Positions 33,520 to 44,574 of a stretch of DNA of 64,000 bases are shown in pieces. Within the stretch, counting starts at the first letter, position 1, and every line of letters begins with the position of its first letter. The translations under genes were made by a program, and so were the position numbers. Location: NCBI GenBank assembly GCA_964291215.2, contig OZ219790.1, forward strand, positions 1,984,001-2,048,000. Direction: 5' to 3'. The notes beneath the pieces were generated by a model. That model searched no databases. It was given only the letters and a program-made list of their open reading frames with translations, and had not been told where the DNA came from. This stretch comes from Alphaproteobacteria bacterium (GTDB lineage Bacteria; Pseudomonadota; Alphaproteobacteria; MPNO01; UBA830).

Positions 33520-34842
33520 CTATGCCTGTTCCACCTTCTCGCGCCACAGGCGGTAGAAACTGTGATAAAGCGTCTCGTGATCCCAGCTCGAGTTGCTCGT
33601 CTCCGGATGGAACCCACCGCCGCCGGCGGCATCGTCCGGCCCCGTCACCATCGACGACATCCCGCGATGGAACTCGCACCATCTCGCGAGCCGGCCTCGG
33701 CTTCCCTCGTGGCAGGCTTCGAGCGCCGACACGTCGTCGGATGTCGCCATTCCGCTGGCCATGAAGAAGTCCTCGAACTTGCGCAGCCGCGCATAGCGCG
33801 CCTCCCTGCTCTCGTCGGACGGGGCGAGGCAATGGATGGTGACTTCCGTCTGATCCACCGAAAGCGGCCGGAAGACACGAATCTGCGTGGCCGCAAAATC
33901 GTTGATCATCAGCGACGGAAACACGATCAGGTTGCGGCCGCGGCGCAGCATCCAGTCGACCTTGCCCGCGGGGTATTCCCGCTTGAGGCGCTCTTCGGCC
34001 TCCGACAGCGGCGACGTGGCCACCGGGTCGCGGTCGGCCCAGATCACCATGTGGCCGCGGCCAAGATCGTAGCAGCCCGTGCGCACCTTCCTGGCCAGCC
34101 TCCCGACCTCCGTCCTCATCATACCCTCATAGCCTTCCCGGTTCTCGCGCCGGCGCACTGTGTTGGCGAAGACCCGGTGTACGGTGCTCGTGTGGTAGCC
34201 GTCGACGGCGTTCTCGACGGACATCTTCCAGTTCCCGCCGACGAGGTAGGTCTGCGAGCCGGACAGGACCTCCATGCCCGCCGCCGACTGGTCGGCGACG
34301 AAATCGAGAAAGGCCCGCGACTGCCCGAGGAAGGTCTCGAGCGGCGCGACATCGGGCGACAAGCTGCCGAAGACAAAGCCCTTGTAACTGCCCAGCGCGC
34401 CGATTTCCCTGAGGTCGTAGGCGCTGCGGTCGAAGTCCCCGGGGTAGCCGGTATCCTGCTGCTTGATCCGGATGCAGGCGCCCGAGCAGTCATACGTCCA
34501 GCCGTGGAAGCGGCAGGTGATGGTGCGGGCGTTGCCCTGGCGCAACGGCGTGAGCACCGCGCCGCGGTGCGAGCAGACATTGAGGAAGGCCTTGAGACTG
34601 CCGTCCTGCTGACGATGAGCGAAGACCGGTTGGCGGCCGAGACGTGTCGCCAGGTAGTCCCCGGGCTCGCTCAGCTGGCTCTCGTGGCACAGATATTGCC
34701 AGTCGCCCTCGAAGATGGTCTTCATCTCGGCCTCGAAGACCGCCTCATCGAGATAGATGGCGCGGTCGACCCGGAAGATTCCGGCTTCGGTATCGTCCTC
34801 GAGCAACCCGCCCATGCCGGTGTGGTGTATTGTTCCGTCCAC
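33520..34842 (-). CDS. Rieske dioxygenase alpha subunit (BenA/AntA-like), copy 1
   Basis: CSHRGA...CRFHGW; ENAVDGYHTSTVH; GMATSDD. Confidence 0.92.
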   Translation of the reverse strand: MDGTIHHTGMGGLLEDDTEAGIFRVDRAIYLDEAVFEAEMKTIFEGDWQYLCHESQLSEPGDYLATRLGRQPVFAHRQQDGSLKAFLNVCSHRGAVLTPLRQGNARTITCRFHGWTYDCSGACIRIKQQDTGYPGDFDRSAYDLREIGALGSYKGFVFGSLSPDVAPLETFLGQSRAFLDFVADQSAAGMEVLSGSQTYLVGGNWKMSVENAVDGYHTSTVHRVFANTVRRRENREGYEGMMRTEVGRLARKVRTGCYDLGRGHMVIWADRDPVATSPLSEAEERLKREYPAGKVDWMLRRGRNLIVFPSLMINDFAATQIRVFRPLSVDQTEVTIHCLAPSDESREARYARLRKFEDFFMASGMATSDDVSALEACHEGSRGRLARWCEFHRGMSSMVTGPDDAAGGGGFHPETSNSSWDHETLYHSFYRLWREKVEQA

Positions 34843-34854
34843 TGCCCGCCTCCG

Positions 34855-36057
34855 TCACACTGTATGCCGTCCCGGACCGAATTCCTGCATGATGCTGTTC
34901 TGCACGATCTTCACGCGCCGCGTCGGCGGCGGCGTATTGCGCGAGCGGCCGACGAACCGCGGCACGCCGTCGGTGAAGACTGCAGGAATCGCCGGATAGT
35001 CCCCGTTCTTGATGGCCTCGAGCGCCGTCCGCTTGCTGCCGCCGAGCGGCGCGTCGAGAAGCATCACGTCGCCGGCCTTGCCGCGCCTGATAAAGCCCGT
35101 ATTGAGCCGGTAGACCGCGGCGTTGTTGCCGCACGCCGCAGCGAGCAGCATCTCCGGCGGGTAGCTCGACAGGCAGGACAGCTCGCACACCGACTTGATC
35201 ATGCCGAGCGGCATGACGCCGGTGCCCGTCGGTGTGTCGGTCGCGAGGATCACACGGTCGTAGGCATCTGCCTCGACCGCCATGTCGAGGCACATCAGCG
35301 CGGTCCGGATGTTGCCCGCCTGGCAGATCTGGAGCGCGATATCGCTCTCGTTGATCACCCTCGGAAAGTCCCGGTCCGGCATCGCCACCGGGCCGCCATT
35401 GACGTGGAACGACACGTCGGGGCGCATGTCGAGGAGGTGGTCGCCGGTAATCGGTGAGGAATCCGGGATCGACGCGCCGCCGGTATGCACGTTGACGATC
35501 ATTCCCGCCTTCTGCGCCATGCGAACATAGGGCGTGTATTCGAAGGGCGACTTGAACTTCCCGAAACCGGCCTTGGCCAGCCACACTCCCTGTGCCGCCG
35601 CCTGGTCGAAGTGAGCCTGCGTCAGACCGGGCTCGATGATGACGGCGCCGGCATGGACGTGCATGCCGCCCGGCGAATAGTTGTCGAAGCTCTTCTTGGC
35701 GGCAATGGCCAGGGCCACGACCCCGTCGGGATCGCCGGGCCGGCCCGGCACGTGGACCTCGCTGGCCGAGATTGATGTCGTCACACCGCCATGGAGGTAG
35801 CTCTCGAGGAAGCCTATCGCCCGCTGGCGCGGCGTGTAGTCGGCGAAGGCGACATGGACCTGAGAATCGATGAGTCCCGGGGCCGCGGTCGTACCGCCGG
35901 CATCGAGGATAAAGTCGCAGGATTCCAACTGGCGGTCAGTCAGCGTGCCGACCTTGGTGATCCTGTCATTGTTCATCAGGATCGAATCGCCCTTCGCAAA
36001 GGGCGCGCGCCAGTCACCGGTCACGATGGTGGCGATGTTGACGATGGCGGTTCTCAT
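34855..36057 (-). CDS. enamidase-like amidohydrolase
   Basis: DYTPRQ, LHGGVTT, PGRP.D, HTGG.SIP, HVNGGP, GTG..PLG, SRNTPP as in Eubacterium barkeri enamidase. Confidence 0.82.
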   Translation of the reverse strand: MRTAIVNIATIVTGDWRAPFAKGDSILMNNDRITKVGTLTDRQLESCDFILDAGGTTAAPGLIDSQVHVAFADYTPRQRAIGFLESYLHGGVTTSISASEVHVPGRPGDPDGVVALAIAAKKSFDNYSPGGMHVHAGAVIIEPGLTQAHFDQAAAQGVWLAKAGFGKFKSPFEYTPYVRMAQKAGMIVNVHTGGASIPDSSPITGDHLLDMRPDVSFHVNGGPVAMPDRDFPRVINESDIALQICQAGNIRTALMCLDMAVEADAYDRVILATDTPTGTGVMPLGMIKSVCELSCLSSYPPEMLLAAACGNNAAVYRLNTGFIRRGKAGDVMLLDAPLGGSKRTALEAIKNGDYPAIPAVFTDGVPRFVGRSRNTPPPTRRVKIVQNSIMQEFGPGRHTV

Positions 36058-36071
36058 CTCGCAGTCCGTCC

Positions 36072-36650
36072 CTATCTCAGCCCGTCTGTGCCGGCGATCT
36101 CACCGCTCGACAGGCCCCCGACCCGATGATTGAGGCGCCCGCGATTGGCGACGCAGCAGATGACGCAGATCTCGTCCGCGAGCGGCGCGTCGGGGACCAT
36201 TATGGTCATGCCGTCATAGTGTGAGCGCACATAAAGCGCGTCCTTGTGGGCAAGCGGTATGTCGAGCGTCTCCCCCGGCGCGCAACGCTTGGAAAAGGAC
36301 GATATCCAGGCTTGGCCGCCGCCAACCGCGTCGCGGAGCGCGTTGCCGAACACCGTGGTCAGGCATGCCACGCCGTGCTCCTGCTCCCCGGCGCTGCCGA
36401 CGAGCGCCGCCTTGCCGTAGGATTCCACCGCATAGGGCTTCATCTGGGCGACCGCCATCGCGGCAATCTTCGCGCCGAGTGCGGCGCTGGGCTCGATCAG
36501 CCCGTCCAGGTTTTCGGCATAGGCCCGCCCGGCATAGGGGTTGGCAACTACCGCAACCGCCGCAACCTTGCGCAGCACCTGCTCGCGGGGCTGACCCATG
36601 TCGTGGACAGTTTCCTCGACAACCGTGTAAAGACGCCTGGTGTCCATCAC
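36072..36650 (-). CDS. DUF1185 (amino acid synthesis family) protein
   Basis: NPYAG, ESYGKA..VG..GE.EH, HKD..YVRSH, DAP..DE, R...RVGG. Confidence 0.85.
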   Translation of the reverse strand: MMDTRRLYTVVEETVHDMGQPREQVLRKVAAVAVVANPYAGRAYAENLDGLIEPSAALGAKIAAMAVAQMKPYAVESYGKAALVGSAGEQEHGVACLTTVFGNALRDAVGGGQAWISSFSKRCAPGETLDIPLAHKDALYVRSHYDGMTIMVPDAPLADEICVICCVANRGRLNHRVGGLSSGEIAGTDGLR

Positions 36651-36762
36651 TCCTCCTGTCGCGGAGACCGCTGGCTGCCCCGGGCAGACGCCGGACAGGC
36701 TGCACCGGTCGGCCGATGCCGGACGTACGCACCGCGCATGCGGCAGGCCCGGCGGCGGACCG

Positions 36763-37227
36763 CTAGCCGGATTTTACGGAACCCGACTTGGCGACAACGT
36801 TTAACTGTCGGTACTCGGGATCCGGGTTGCGGGTATCGTCGTTCCCCTCATCGGAATCGGGCTCAGGAGAACCCGAGACCTCGCTGAAGCTGCAGCGTCC
36901 GTCGACACGGGCGCCGGCCTCCATGACAAGGGTCTCATAGAGGATGTCGCCTTCAATCCGCGCCGTCTTCGCCAGCGTCAGCGAGCCGGCCCTGACGTCC
37001 CCGCTGATCTCGCCGAGAATGACGCCTTCGGAGCACGTGACCGACCCGACAAACCGGGCCTTCTCACCAAGCAGGAAACTCCGGCACCTGATGTTCCCCG
37101 ACATGGTGCCATCCACCTGGACCTCTCCGTCGCTGAAGATGTCTCCGGCGATCTCAACGCCCTCGGCCAGATAGGACAGCGCAAGATCGCCGCCGAATCC
37201 GGCATTTCGTTTAGTCTTCGAAAACAT
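36763..37227 (-). CDS. bactofilin (polymer-forming cytoskeletal protein)
   Basis: Beta-helix repeats I.GDI..DG.VQVDG...GNI, GDI.Y..L.ME.GA...G; downstream of an M23 peptidase. Confidence 0.88.
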   Translation of the reverse strand: MFSKTKRNAGFGGDLALSYLAEGVEIAGDIFSDGEVQVDGTMSGNIRCRSFLLGEKARFVGSVTCSEGVILGEISGDVRAGSLTLAKTARIEGDILYETLVMEAGARVDGRCSFSEVSGSPEPDSDEGNDDTRNPDPEYRQLNVVAKSGSVKSG

Positions 37228-38077
37228 GTTTCCCCGCCATGGTGAATTTGAGCGGATCTACCGACTCGCCGTCGATGGTAATCTCGTAATGCAGGTGCAC
37301 ACCGGTCGAGCGTCCGCTTCGGCCCACTTGGGCAATCCGGTCGCGGAACCCCACCTCGTCCCCGCGCCTGACATACACGCGGTGCAGATGCCCGTACCGT
37401 GTCATGATGCCGTTGCCATGATCGATCTCGACGAACCCTCCGTTGCGTCCGGAAAACGTGACCACGCCCGGGACGGGGGCAAGAACCCTCTGAAGGAAGG
37501 GCGGCACCATGTCAATGCCATGATGCATCGCGCGCCGACGGTTGATGGGATCCTTTCGCATGTCGTACTTGCTTGACAGATAATAATAATCAAGCGGCAA
37601 TGCAAACGGAATCTACCGCAGCGCCCTCCTGCGATCGAGCTCCTCCTCAAGAGTGGCCACGGTAGCGCCGAATGCATCCTCGACTCCCTCGAACGGCCCT
37701 CCCTGGGCCAGCATCCGCACAGTACTCCCCTTGATCAGCTGTTCGAGCCCGACGCCGGTCGACGCCAGCAGCGTACGAATCCGTTCGATGTCCGCACGGA
37801 ACTCATAGGCCATGCGGTTCGCAAGCGCGAGCAGGATGCGCGTCTCAAGTCGCGCGCGCCCAACAGCCGCAGCGCGGTCCTTGAGCGATCCCTCGATTTG
37901 GGCGGTCCGGCGCCGCACCCGCTCCCGCGTCAGGTGACCGACCCACGCCGCCTCGGCAAACCGTACCCGCTCCTCCTCTGCTTCTCGCGCAGTACGGTCG
38001 GGCAGCGCACCTAGCAGGCGGAGCCGCGTCTGGATGCGTTCGCTCTCCCGGCGGTTTCCCTCAACCCAAGTTGGCAC
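37211..38077 (-). pseudogene. M23 peptidase with coiled-coil N-terminus, pseudogene
   Basis: HHGID, YGHL, GRSTGVHLHYE; in-frame TAG at 37613-37615; 5' end cut at the IS66-type end at 38078. Confidence 0.8.
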
Positions 38078-38751
38078 GTAAGCGTTCGTTCGTGCGGTGA
38101 GGTGTTGTTGTTTTCGTCCGTTTGACGGGCTTTTGTCAGGGAGTTCCAGCGTCACCCGGAGCGGTTTCGTGCACCGGGATGCGCGGTGAGGAGCACTGGC
38201 GCCATGCCGTGTTTTCCGCATTGGTTGCGGTTTTGTCCCGGCGCTGCGGAGGAGGAGCCGAGTGCCATCCCGTGCCGGTTGCAGGGGTTAGCGATCAAGG
38301 GTCCGCTTCCAGTCCTTGCGGAGCGGGCCAGATGTCCTTCTTCGGCTTGTCGGCCCTGTTGTGTATCACAACACGACGACTGCGACACGTCGCCAGCGGC
38401 ACGTTGATCCCACGCTGCTAATCCGGCGACGACTGGCGAGATTTTCTCAGTTTGCGTCGCGCTGCAATCGTGCCGCCAAGGCTCGATAGGACCTTCTCGG
38501 CACAAAAATTGCGATCAAGGAGGCGATCTGTGATGACCCGAGCCCCAACGCATTCGGATTTCGCGTCTCCGAATTAGCATGGGATCGTCGTGCGCCAGCG
38601 GCGTCCGCACCCGATGATGACGCGAAATCCTCGATGCACATGACCATGCACGACCTGATAGCACCGCCAAAAAAGTTTATCAGCCCCCTTCTCCGAATCA
38701 CCAAAATAAACCTCAGCGCAGATCGTCATCACCGCACGAACGAACGCTTAC
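38078..38751. mobile_element. non-autonomous element with IS66-type ends (contains a nested MITE)
   Basis: Perfect 23-bp TIR GTAAGCGTTCGTTCGTGCGGTGA at 38078-38100 and 38729-38751; no TSD seen. Confidence 0.7.
38400..38592. mobile_element. 193-bp MITE, copy 2
   Basis: Flanked by direct repeat CGCCAGCGG (38391-38399 / 38593-38601). Confidence 0.88.
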
Positions 38752-38759
38752 CTTCGGTC

Positions 38760-40825
38760 TAGGTTGTGGACTCAAATAATTGGTTTGCGATTCTGCGGAG
38801 CAAGAATCGGCTGGCAGCCAGTTGCACGGCGGAGAGGAAGTTCCTTGTCATAACGGGTGGCGACCCGTCGGAACTCCTTGATCTTACCGAAGAACCGCTC
38901 GACCAGGTTGCGCATCCTGTAGATCTCGCGGTCGAGCGGCCGTGGCGATGTCCGGTTGGATTTTGACGGAATGACCGCGGTTGCTCCTGCCGTCTCGATC
39001 AGATGGCGTCGGTGTCGTAGGCCTTGTCGCCGACCACCGTCTCGCCCGAGGTCGGCGAGAAGCGCCTGCGCGCAGTCGGCTGCTTGGCCCGGGGTCAGGA
39101 ACACGGTCTTCACCCTTTCGTTCTCGCCAAGATGGATCTTCGTCGTTCGTCCGCCACGGCCCGATTTGGATTACGCAACCTGATGTCTGGAAATTGTCGT
39201 GAAGCTGATCGAGCTGTTCCCATTTGATGTATGCCTTGGTTTCGGTTTCCCATTTTTCGTCGATGAGGACCGCGGTTGAGAGGCGCTCCAACGAGGCGAG
39301 GTTCGGAAAGACCCTGACTTTGGAGGTGCGCCGCTTGAGCTCTTGCTGGATCGGTCGCTCGATGCCGTTCGAGGTTCGCATGCGCTTGTGGTGAGCATCG
39401 GGCAAGGTGAAGACAGCGAGCCCCGCATTCTTTTCCAGCCAGGAAGCCTGGATGCTTGTCGCTGGCCACGAGGGCGCCCAGTTCAGCCTCGGCGGTTTGG
39501 AGTGAGGACGCATGGCTCCGAGCTGTTTTCCAATACGTTTCCTGATGTCGTTGTTCGGTGCACGGCGTTTTGTGCCAAGTGGAACTGGCAGCGCTGCCAC
39601 ATCGCCGCGCCCAGCACCGTGCCGCTTTCAGCCCGGCATCCGAGACAATGAAGGTCGTACCATGCAGGGCTAGCAAGCTTTCCAGGAAGGCTCTCCAATG
39701 GACCTCGGCCTCGGAGAGCGCCACAGAGAGCCCCAGAACGTGCCTGCAGCCCCTATTCCGATGGCCGAGAGCACTGCAACATCGCGCACAACGCCGTCAT
39801 GGCGGGCTTTTTCATAGCGCGCATCCAGGTATTTCATCAGGGGCCGGTTGCGCGGCGAGTTCTTCATCGAGCAACCTGGTGGCCCCCTGAGAAGAGGACA
39901 GGCTCCCGAACTCGCGCATTACATCTTGCCGCGTGGAAACACCCTTGATGTACATCTCGGCTACGGCCAGCATGACAGCGCGAGAAGATCGCTGGCCGCG
40001 TTCAAGCGACTGGGGGGGTCGTCCCCGTGACCGGCCGTCTTTGGCACCTGAACGGTAACAGTGGGGGTGTCGATCCGTTTGTAGCCGTTGGCATAGCCCT
40101 GTCGCTCCGGTGTCCGGTGGCCCGCTCTCAAGTGCTGCTCGCGCTCGATTTGCATCGCAAGCTCGAAGAGCTGACCAAAGATCCGCCCCAGATCCGTTGC
40201 TCCGTTTGCGATCAGATGTTCCAAAACGGCCTCAATCGTCGTAGTGTGTCGCAGGTCCATTCGCTTCCTCCATGAATGTTTTACAACTCCATGGGATAGC
40301 ACGATGGCGCTGCGTTTCACTGGGGGGCTAGCCCCCCAGTGAAACGCCTCAAAGCGCAAACCTCAGACAAATTTCCAGACATCAAGTTACAGTACCCCGA
40401 TTTTTTGCGAAGGCTCGTCGTCCCGGGACACCACAGCTTGTGAACGCGCACCGACGAGGAGTTCACCATGCGCAGATGAACCGGCGGGCCATCGTCGCTC
40501 CCGTCATCACCGCTCGTAAGCCTTTGAAGCTTCTCCATGCCCAAGTGCCGTTCTTGCTCCACCGGTTGAAGCGGTTGAAGCAGACGGACCGTAGCGCAGG
40601 TCGCGCCACGGCGTACCAGTGCGAAGCACGAAAAATATCCCGTTCCTCCGGTCATGCACCCGCTCCGGGCCTTGGTGCTTGTCAGGAAGCACCGAGCAGA
40701 GAACTTCCCATTCCGCGTCGCTCATGTTGTGTCGGTCGCCGCTCATCCCTCATTCTCCTTGTGAATCGCTTTCGACAAGATATGGCAGATCGTGCAAAAA
40801 TGTCAATATTTGGGTACAGAACCTA
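38760..40825 (-). mobile_element. IS5-family element, split by IS256
   Basis: MSDAEW, LRTGTPWRDL, RNLVERFFGKIKEFRRVATRYDK; TIR TAGGTT.TG..C.CAAATA; CTAG at both ends. Confidence 0.88.
39169..40396 (-). mobile_element. IS256-family element, copy 2 (degenerate, both ends present)
   Basis: IRs with ...TGATGTCTGGAAATT; flanks CCGATTTG / CCGATTTT; ERQGYANGYK, DARYEK motifs. Confidence 0.9.
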
Positions 40826-40866
40826 GGGCATCGGTGATTTTTCTGTCAAGGGCATCGGCGCGGCAC

Positions 40867-41058
40867 CACGACGATCCCACGCTGCTAATCCAGCGGCGAC
40901 CGGCGAGATTTTTCGGTCTGCGTCGCGCTGCAATCGTACTGCCAAGACTCAATGAGACCCTCTCGGCGCGAAAAATTGCGATCAAGGGGCGATCTGTGAT
41001 CACGCGAGCCCCAACGCACTCGGATTTCACATCTCCGAAACAGCATGGGATCACCGTG
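40867..41058. mobile_element. ~192-bp MITE, copy 3
   Basis: Homologous to 18073 and 38400 copies; near-duplicated flank CGCGGC(A/G)C. Confidence 0.8.
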
Positions 41059-41068
41059 CGCGGCGCCC

Positions 41069-42785
41069 CAGGTGTTTCCCACGCTACATTCAATTTTGCT
41101 GTCCGGAGGTTTCACAGCATGCCGGGTTTTCTGGCTTCGGGGCCGTCCGCGGTCGTCGCCGGCGGCGTTATCGGCGCGTGGGCGGGTTGTTTTCGGGATG
41201 TGGGCGGGTTGTGGGCGGCGTCCGGGAATCGGCCGGACGCTATTGGCGCTCAGGGCTGCGACGGCTTCCCGGCGGTCGAGCCGCCGCCGTGTTTCGGCGA
41301 GGCTCTCGCGTCGGTTGGCGAAGATCACCGCGAGCGCGATGTTGTCGAGGCTGACGCGGTTTGCGAGTCAGGCAGGCGTCCTCGCCGAAGACGCAGTCTC
41401 GGTGATTAATGTTTTCCACGGCCCGCGGCCGCAGCAGTTCCTCTGGCGACGCGTGTTGCGCATCGAGCGAGGTGATGATGTACCGGTGCAGTCGTTGCCG
41501 CTGACGCTCTTTCCCGGCGGCTTGCGACAGCGCTTGATGCGGGCGATCCGGCTGACGCCGGGGTAGTTGATCAAGCCCTTGAGCGGCACGCGCTGCTCGA
41601 GGCGGGCCTTGCCTCCTTGAAGCGGCCATCCGTCTCCCGATCGATGCCGTCGAAGGTTTCGGGCGCCCTTGACCGGGAAGACGTGGTCTGCGCCGCAGCG
41701 CCGGGTGATCAGCGTCGCCGGCGTCGTGCGGGTGATCACCTTGCCGCGAACATCGGTGCGCTCGAGGAGGTGGCCGCCGGCTCGCCGTCGTCGAAGTTCA
41801 ACAGCGCGAAGGGTGCGCCGGAGGCGTGAGGGCCACGGTCTCATGGTCGCCGTTGCGGTTAGCGCCCGGGCGAGCCGGCGGCCGAGCACATCCTCGAGCG
41901 CCTCGGGATCGATCGACTGCCCGGTGGAGGGTCGCCCTGGAGGGCGGCTCGCGCAGCTCCGTCCTCGGGTTCCGCCGATGGCCTCGTCCCGGGACAGCGA
42001 CCGCGCAAACTGCGCAGCTGCCTTTCATGTTCGCAAGCTCGGCGAGAACGTGAGCACACCGTGTGCTTCCTGCGCGGCGGAAGTCCTCGATCGCCGCCAG
42101 CTCGTCGTGCAGCGAACGCATCACCTCGGAACCCCGGGGAGCGAGGAGGCAGGCCACCGCAGCGCCTGCGACAGCAGCCGTCGCGCCGCACAACGAAAAT
42201 CTCCTTGCCATGGGAGGTCGGTGCAGCGCCCGTTGGCGCGGGCAAACCCCCTGGCACGCCAGCCCGCCGCCTTGTGCCCGCAAAACGCGCCGGATCGCAG
42301 AACGTCTCCGCCACCTGGTGGCCGCAGGCCCAGTCGTCGGCCAGCCGCCGCGTCGTAAGAAAGAAGGAGGCAAGGTTCGGAAACGTTCCCGGCGCCGCAC
42401 GCAGTCGCGTGTTGTCAGATCAAGCCACTGCTGCTCCGGCTTCCAGCCACCGGTCGCGGCACTTGAAGGCCCCGTCACGCCGCCAGACCACTGCCCCCTG
42501 AAGGACGCAATATGGCGCAGCCCCGCCAGACGGCGAAACCCGAGATAGTCGTCCATCAACGCAGCGGACGCTCCTCGGGCTTCGCAAACCTCGGACAGAC
42601 CCTTCCGGAGCTGCGACGTGAATCGGACAGGACGCGATGTACTTGTGAACCGACATTCCCGCACCATGACAACTCCAGTGCAGGAAAGCCAGCGAAAACT
42701 GCAAAAAAAATCTCCCCGCACCAACCCGCCCCAACCCCAGGTGCTGCTCTGAAAAACAAACAGAATTTAGCGTGAGATTTCTCTG
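41069..42785 (-). mobile_element. ISAs1-family element with DUF4338 N-terminal region, copy A (degenerate)
   Basis: 10-bp TSD CGCGGCGCCC (41059-41068 / 42786-42795); YLGFRRL, FPNLAS, ETFCDP.RF.G (DUF4338-like); VEN..H.RDC.FGEDAC (ISAs1). Confidence 0.85.
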
Positions 42786-42795
42786 CGCGGCGCCC

Positions 42796-42988
42796 CAAGA
42801 CTTTCCCATGCTGTGGATGATGTTCAGAATGACCGCTGGCGGGGCACAAATTTCCGCATTCTTGCCAAGCTTTCCGGCTGCGGCAACCCGTGGACGGCCC
42901 CGCAGCCGGAAAACCCGGCAAGGTTGGGCCTGTGCAACCTCCCTCCATCAGCAGTCGGCGAGATCGAATGCAGCGTGGGAAAGTCCTG
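42796..42988. mobile_element. second MITE type with ISAs1 ends (~193 bp)
   Basis: TIR CAAGACTTTCCCATGCTG / CAGCGTGGGAAAGTCCTG; right half matches the ISAs1 right end at ~54030-54119. Confidence 0.7.
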
Positions 42989-43121
42989 CTCTCTCCAATC
43001 GGGGATATCGCCCGCACGTAGCGGGCTTCCGTTTGCGGCGGGCGCGACTGTAACACTGGCTGACGCCAGCCGGACCGAAAAAGCTCTCGCTTTCGATGCC
43101 ATGTCGTGTCATATTGCCGGC

Positions 43122-43598
43122 ATGGATCAGGCACCGCAGTTCGCCGCCCAGATTTCTCCTTGGCTGACACCGGTCGTCCTGCTGACCGTTCTCGGTCTCA
43201 TGTGGCGCAGCATGCTGCGGCTCGAAGACCGGCTCGGCAAGCGCATCGACGACACCAACAAGCGTATCGACGACACCAACAGGCGTATCGACGACACCGC
43301 CGCCGCGCTCGTCAAACGCATCGACGACACCGGCGCCGCCCTCGGCGCACGCATCGACGACACCAACAGGCGTATCGACGACACCGCCGCCGCGCTCGTC
43401 AAACGCATCGACGACACCGCCGCCGCGCTCGGCGCACGCATCGACGACACCACCGCCGCGCTCGGCGCACGCATCGACGGAATCGACAACCGGCTGCGGG
43501 CGCTTGAGACCGGCCAGGCGGAGATCAAGGGAAAGCTCGACTTCGTCGAAGCATACATCCTCGGACGCAACGCCCCCGGAACCGCGCCTGCGGAGTGA
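43122..43598 (+). CDS. membrane-anchored coiled-coil repeat protein, copy 1 (158 aa)
   Basis: Hydrophobic WLTPVVLLTVLGLMW, then RIDDT-based units 7,7,11,11,7,11,11,11 aa; open frame conserved in 3 copies. Confidence 0.82.
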   Translation: MDQAPQFAAQISPWLTPVVLLTVLGLMWRSMLRLEDRLGKRIDDTNKRIDDTNRRIDDTAAALVKRIDDTGAALGARIDDTNRRIDDTAAALVKRIDDTAAALGARIDDTTAALGARIDGIDNRLRALETGQAEIKGKLDFVEAYILGRNAPGTAPAE

Positions 43599-43637
43599 TC
43601 CGGCGGCTCGGGGCGGCACGCATCCCGCATTGAGCCG

Positions 43638-43670
43638 CCTGTCCGCATTCACCGAGCGAATGCGGACAGG
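43638..43670 (+). terminator. 13-bp perfect hairpin downstream of the repeat gene (also after copies 2 and 3)
   Basis: CCTGTCCGCATTC-ACCGAGC-GAATGCGGACAGG. Confidence 0.5.
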
Positions 43671-43941
43671 ACCGGATGGAGGGTTCGGCGCGTTGCGCAA
43701 TCGCCGCTGCGGGCGATCTGAATTCAGGCAACATGCCCGAAATTTGTGCGGCGACCTGAACGAAAACAGAGCAGCAGCGGCCGTGACGGCGGCGGAACAT
43801 TCTCACGCTAAATTCTGGTAACTGCTCACCCTCCAGTTCCGGCTTGATGTCGGGGTAGAGCAACGAGCGGGTTTTCGTGGAGATTTGACATTGCAGCCCG
43901 ATTCGTTCAGTGGTGGGCATCGAGAACGACGGGGACCACCA

Positions 43942-44574
43942 GTGGGCTACTTTGGATCGAAGGCGACGAGCGGGCTGTGCCAGCTGCTTTCGGGGCTCCA
44001 GCCCCCGCATGATCTGTTTGTGGAAACGCATCCGGGAGGCGGCGGCGCGCTGATGAAGCGCAAGGCGCCGTGCTCTATCGGGATTGACCGGCGATCGCTG
44101 GACGGGTTCGGGTGCGACTATGCGGTGGAACTGATCCACGGCTGCGCCCACGCGTTCCTGCCGGCCTTGCGTTCCGGCGCACGGAACTGTTCTGCAGCGA
44201 CCCCTGCAGGCGACCCGCCGGTCGGGCCGCCGGTCGGGCCGGCGGTCGGGCTGGCGGTGCCGCCACGACTGCACCGACGCCGACCATGTCGAACTCCTTG
44301 AACTACTCAAGGGGCTGCCGTGTCAGGCGATGGTCTCGGGCCGCCCCTCGGCGTTGTACGACGACCTGCCGCGGGACTGGCGCCGCATCGCTGTGCAGGT
44401 GACGACCCGGGTCCGCACCGAGGTGGTGTGGCTCGACTTCGAGCCCGGGCGGATGCACTCGGCCGGCGATGCCGGGCGGAACCGCACGGACCGTCAGCGC
44501 ATCAAGCGCAAGGCGGGGTACCGGAAGATGCCGCCGGGCGAGCGCCAGGCGATGCTCGCGGCGAGGCCGGGTGA
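43942..44574 (+). pseudogene. Dam/D12-class DNA adenine methyltransferase-like passenger gene, frameshifted
   Basis: GYFGSK, PPHD.FVETH.GGGA.M, IGID, eroded SDP/DPP, MVSG..S.LYD, RTEVVW. Confidence 0.7.

Noticed and set aside
43240-43480. 21/33-bp repeats as a CRISPR array or DGR variable region
   Set aside because: Units are contiguous, in-frame and coding, with no unique spacers, no cas or RT gene, and no adenine-specific variation.
44218-44258. 12-bp tandem repeat (C/G)CGGTCGGGC(C/T)G
   Set aside because: Three imperfect units inside a decayed gene; most simply slippage.
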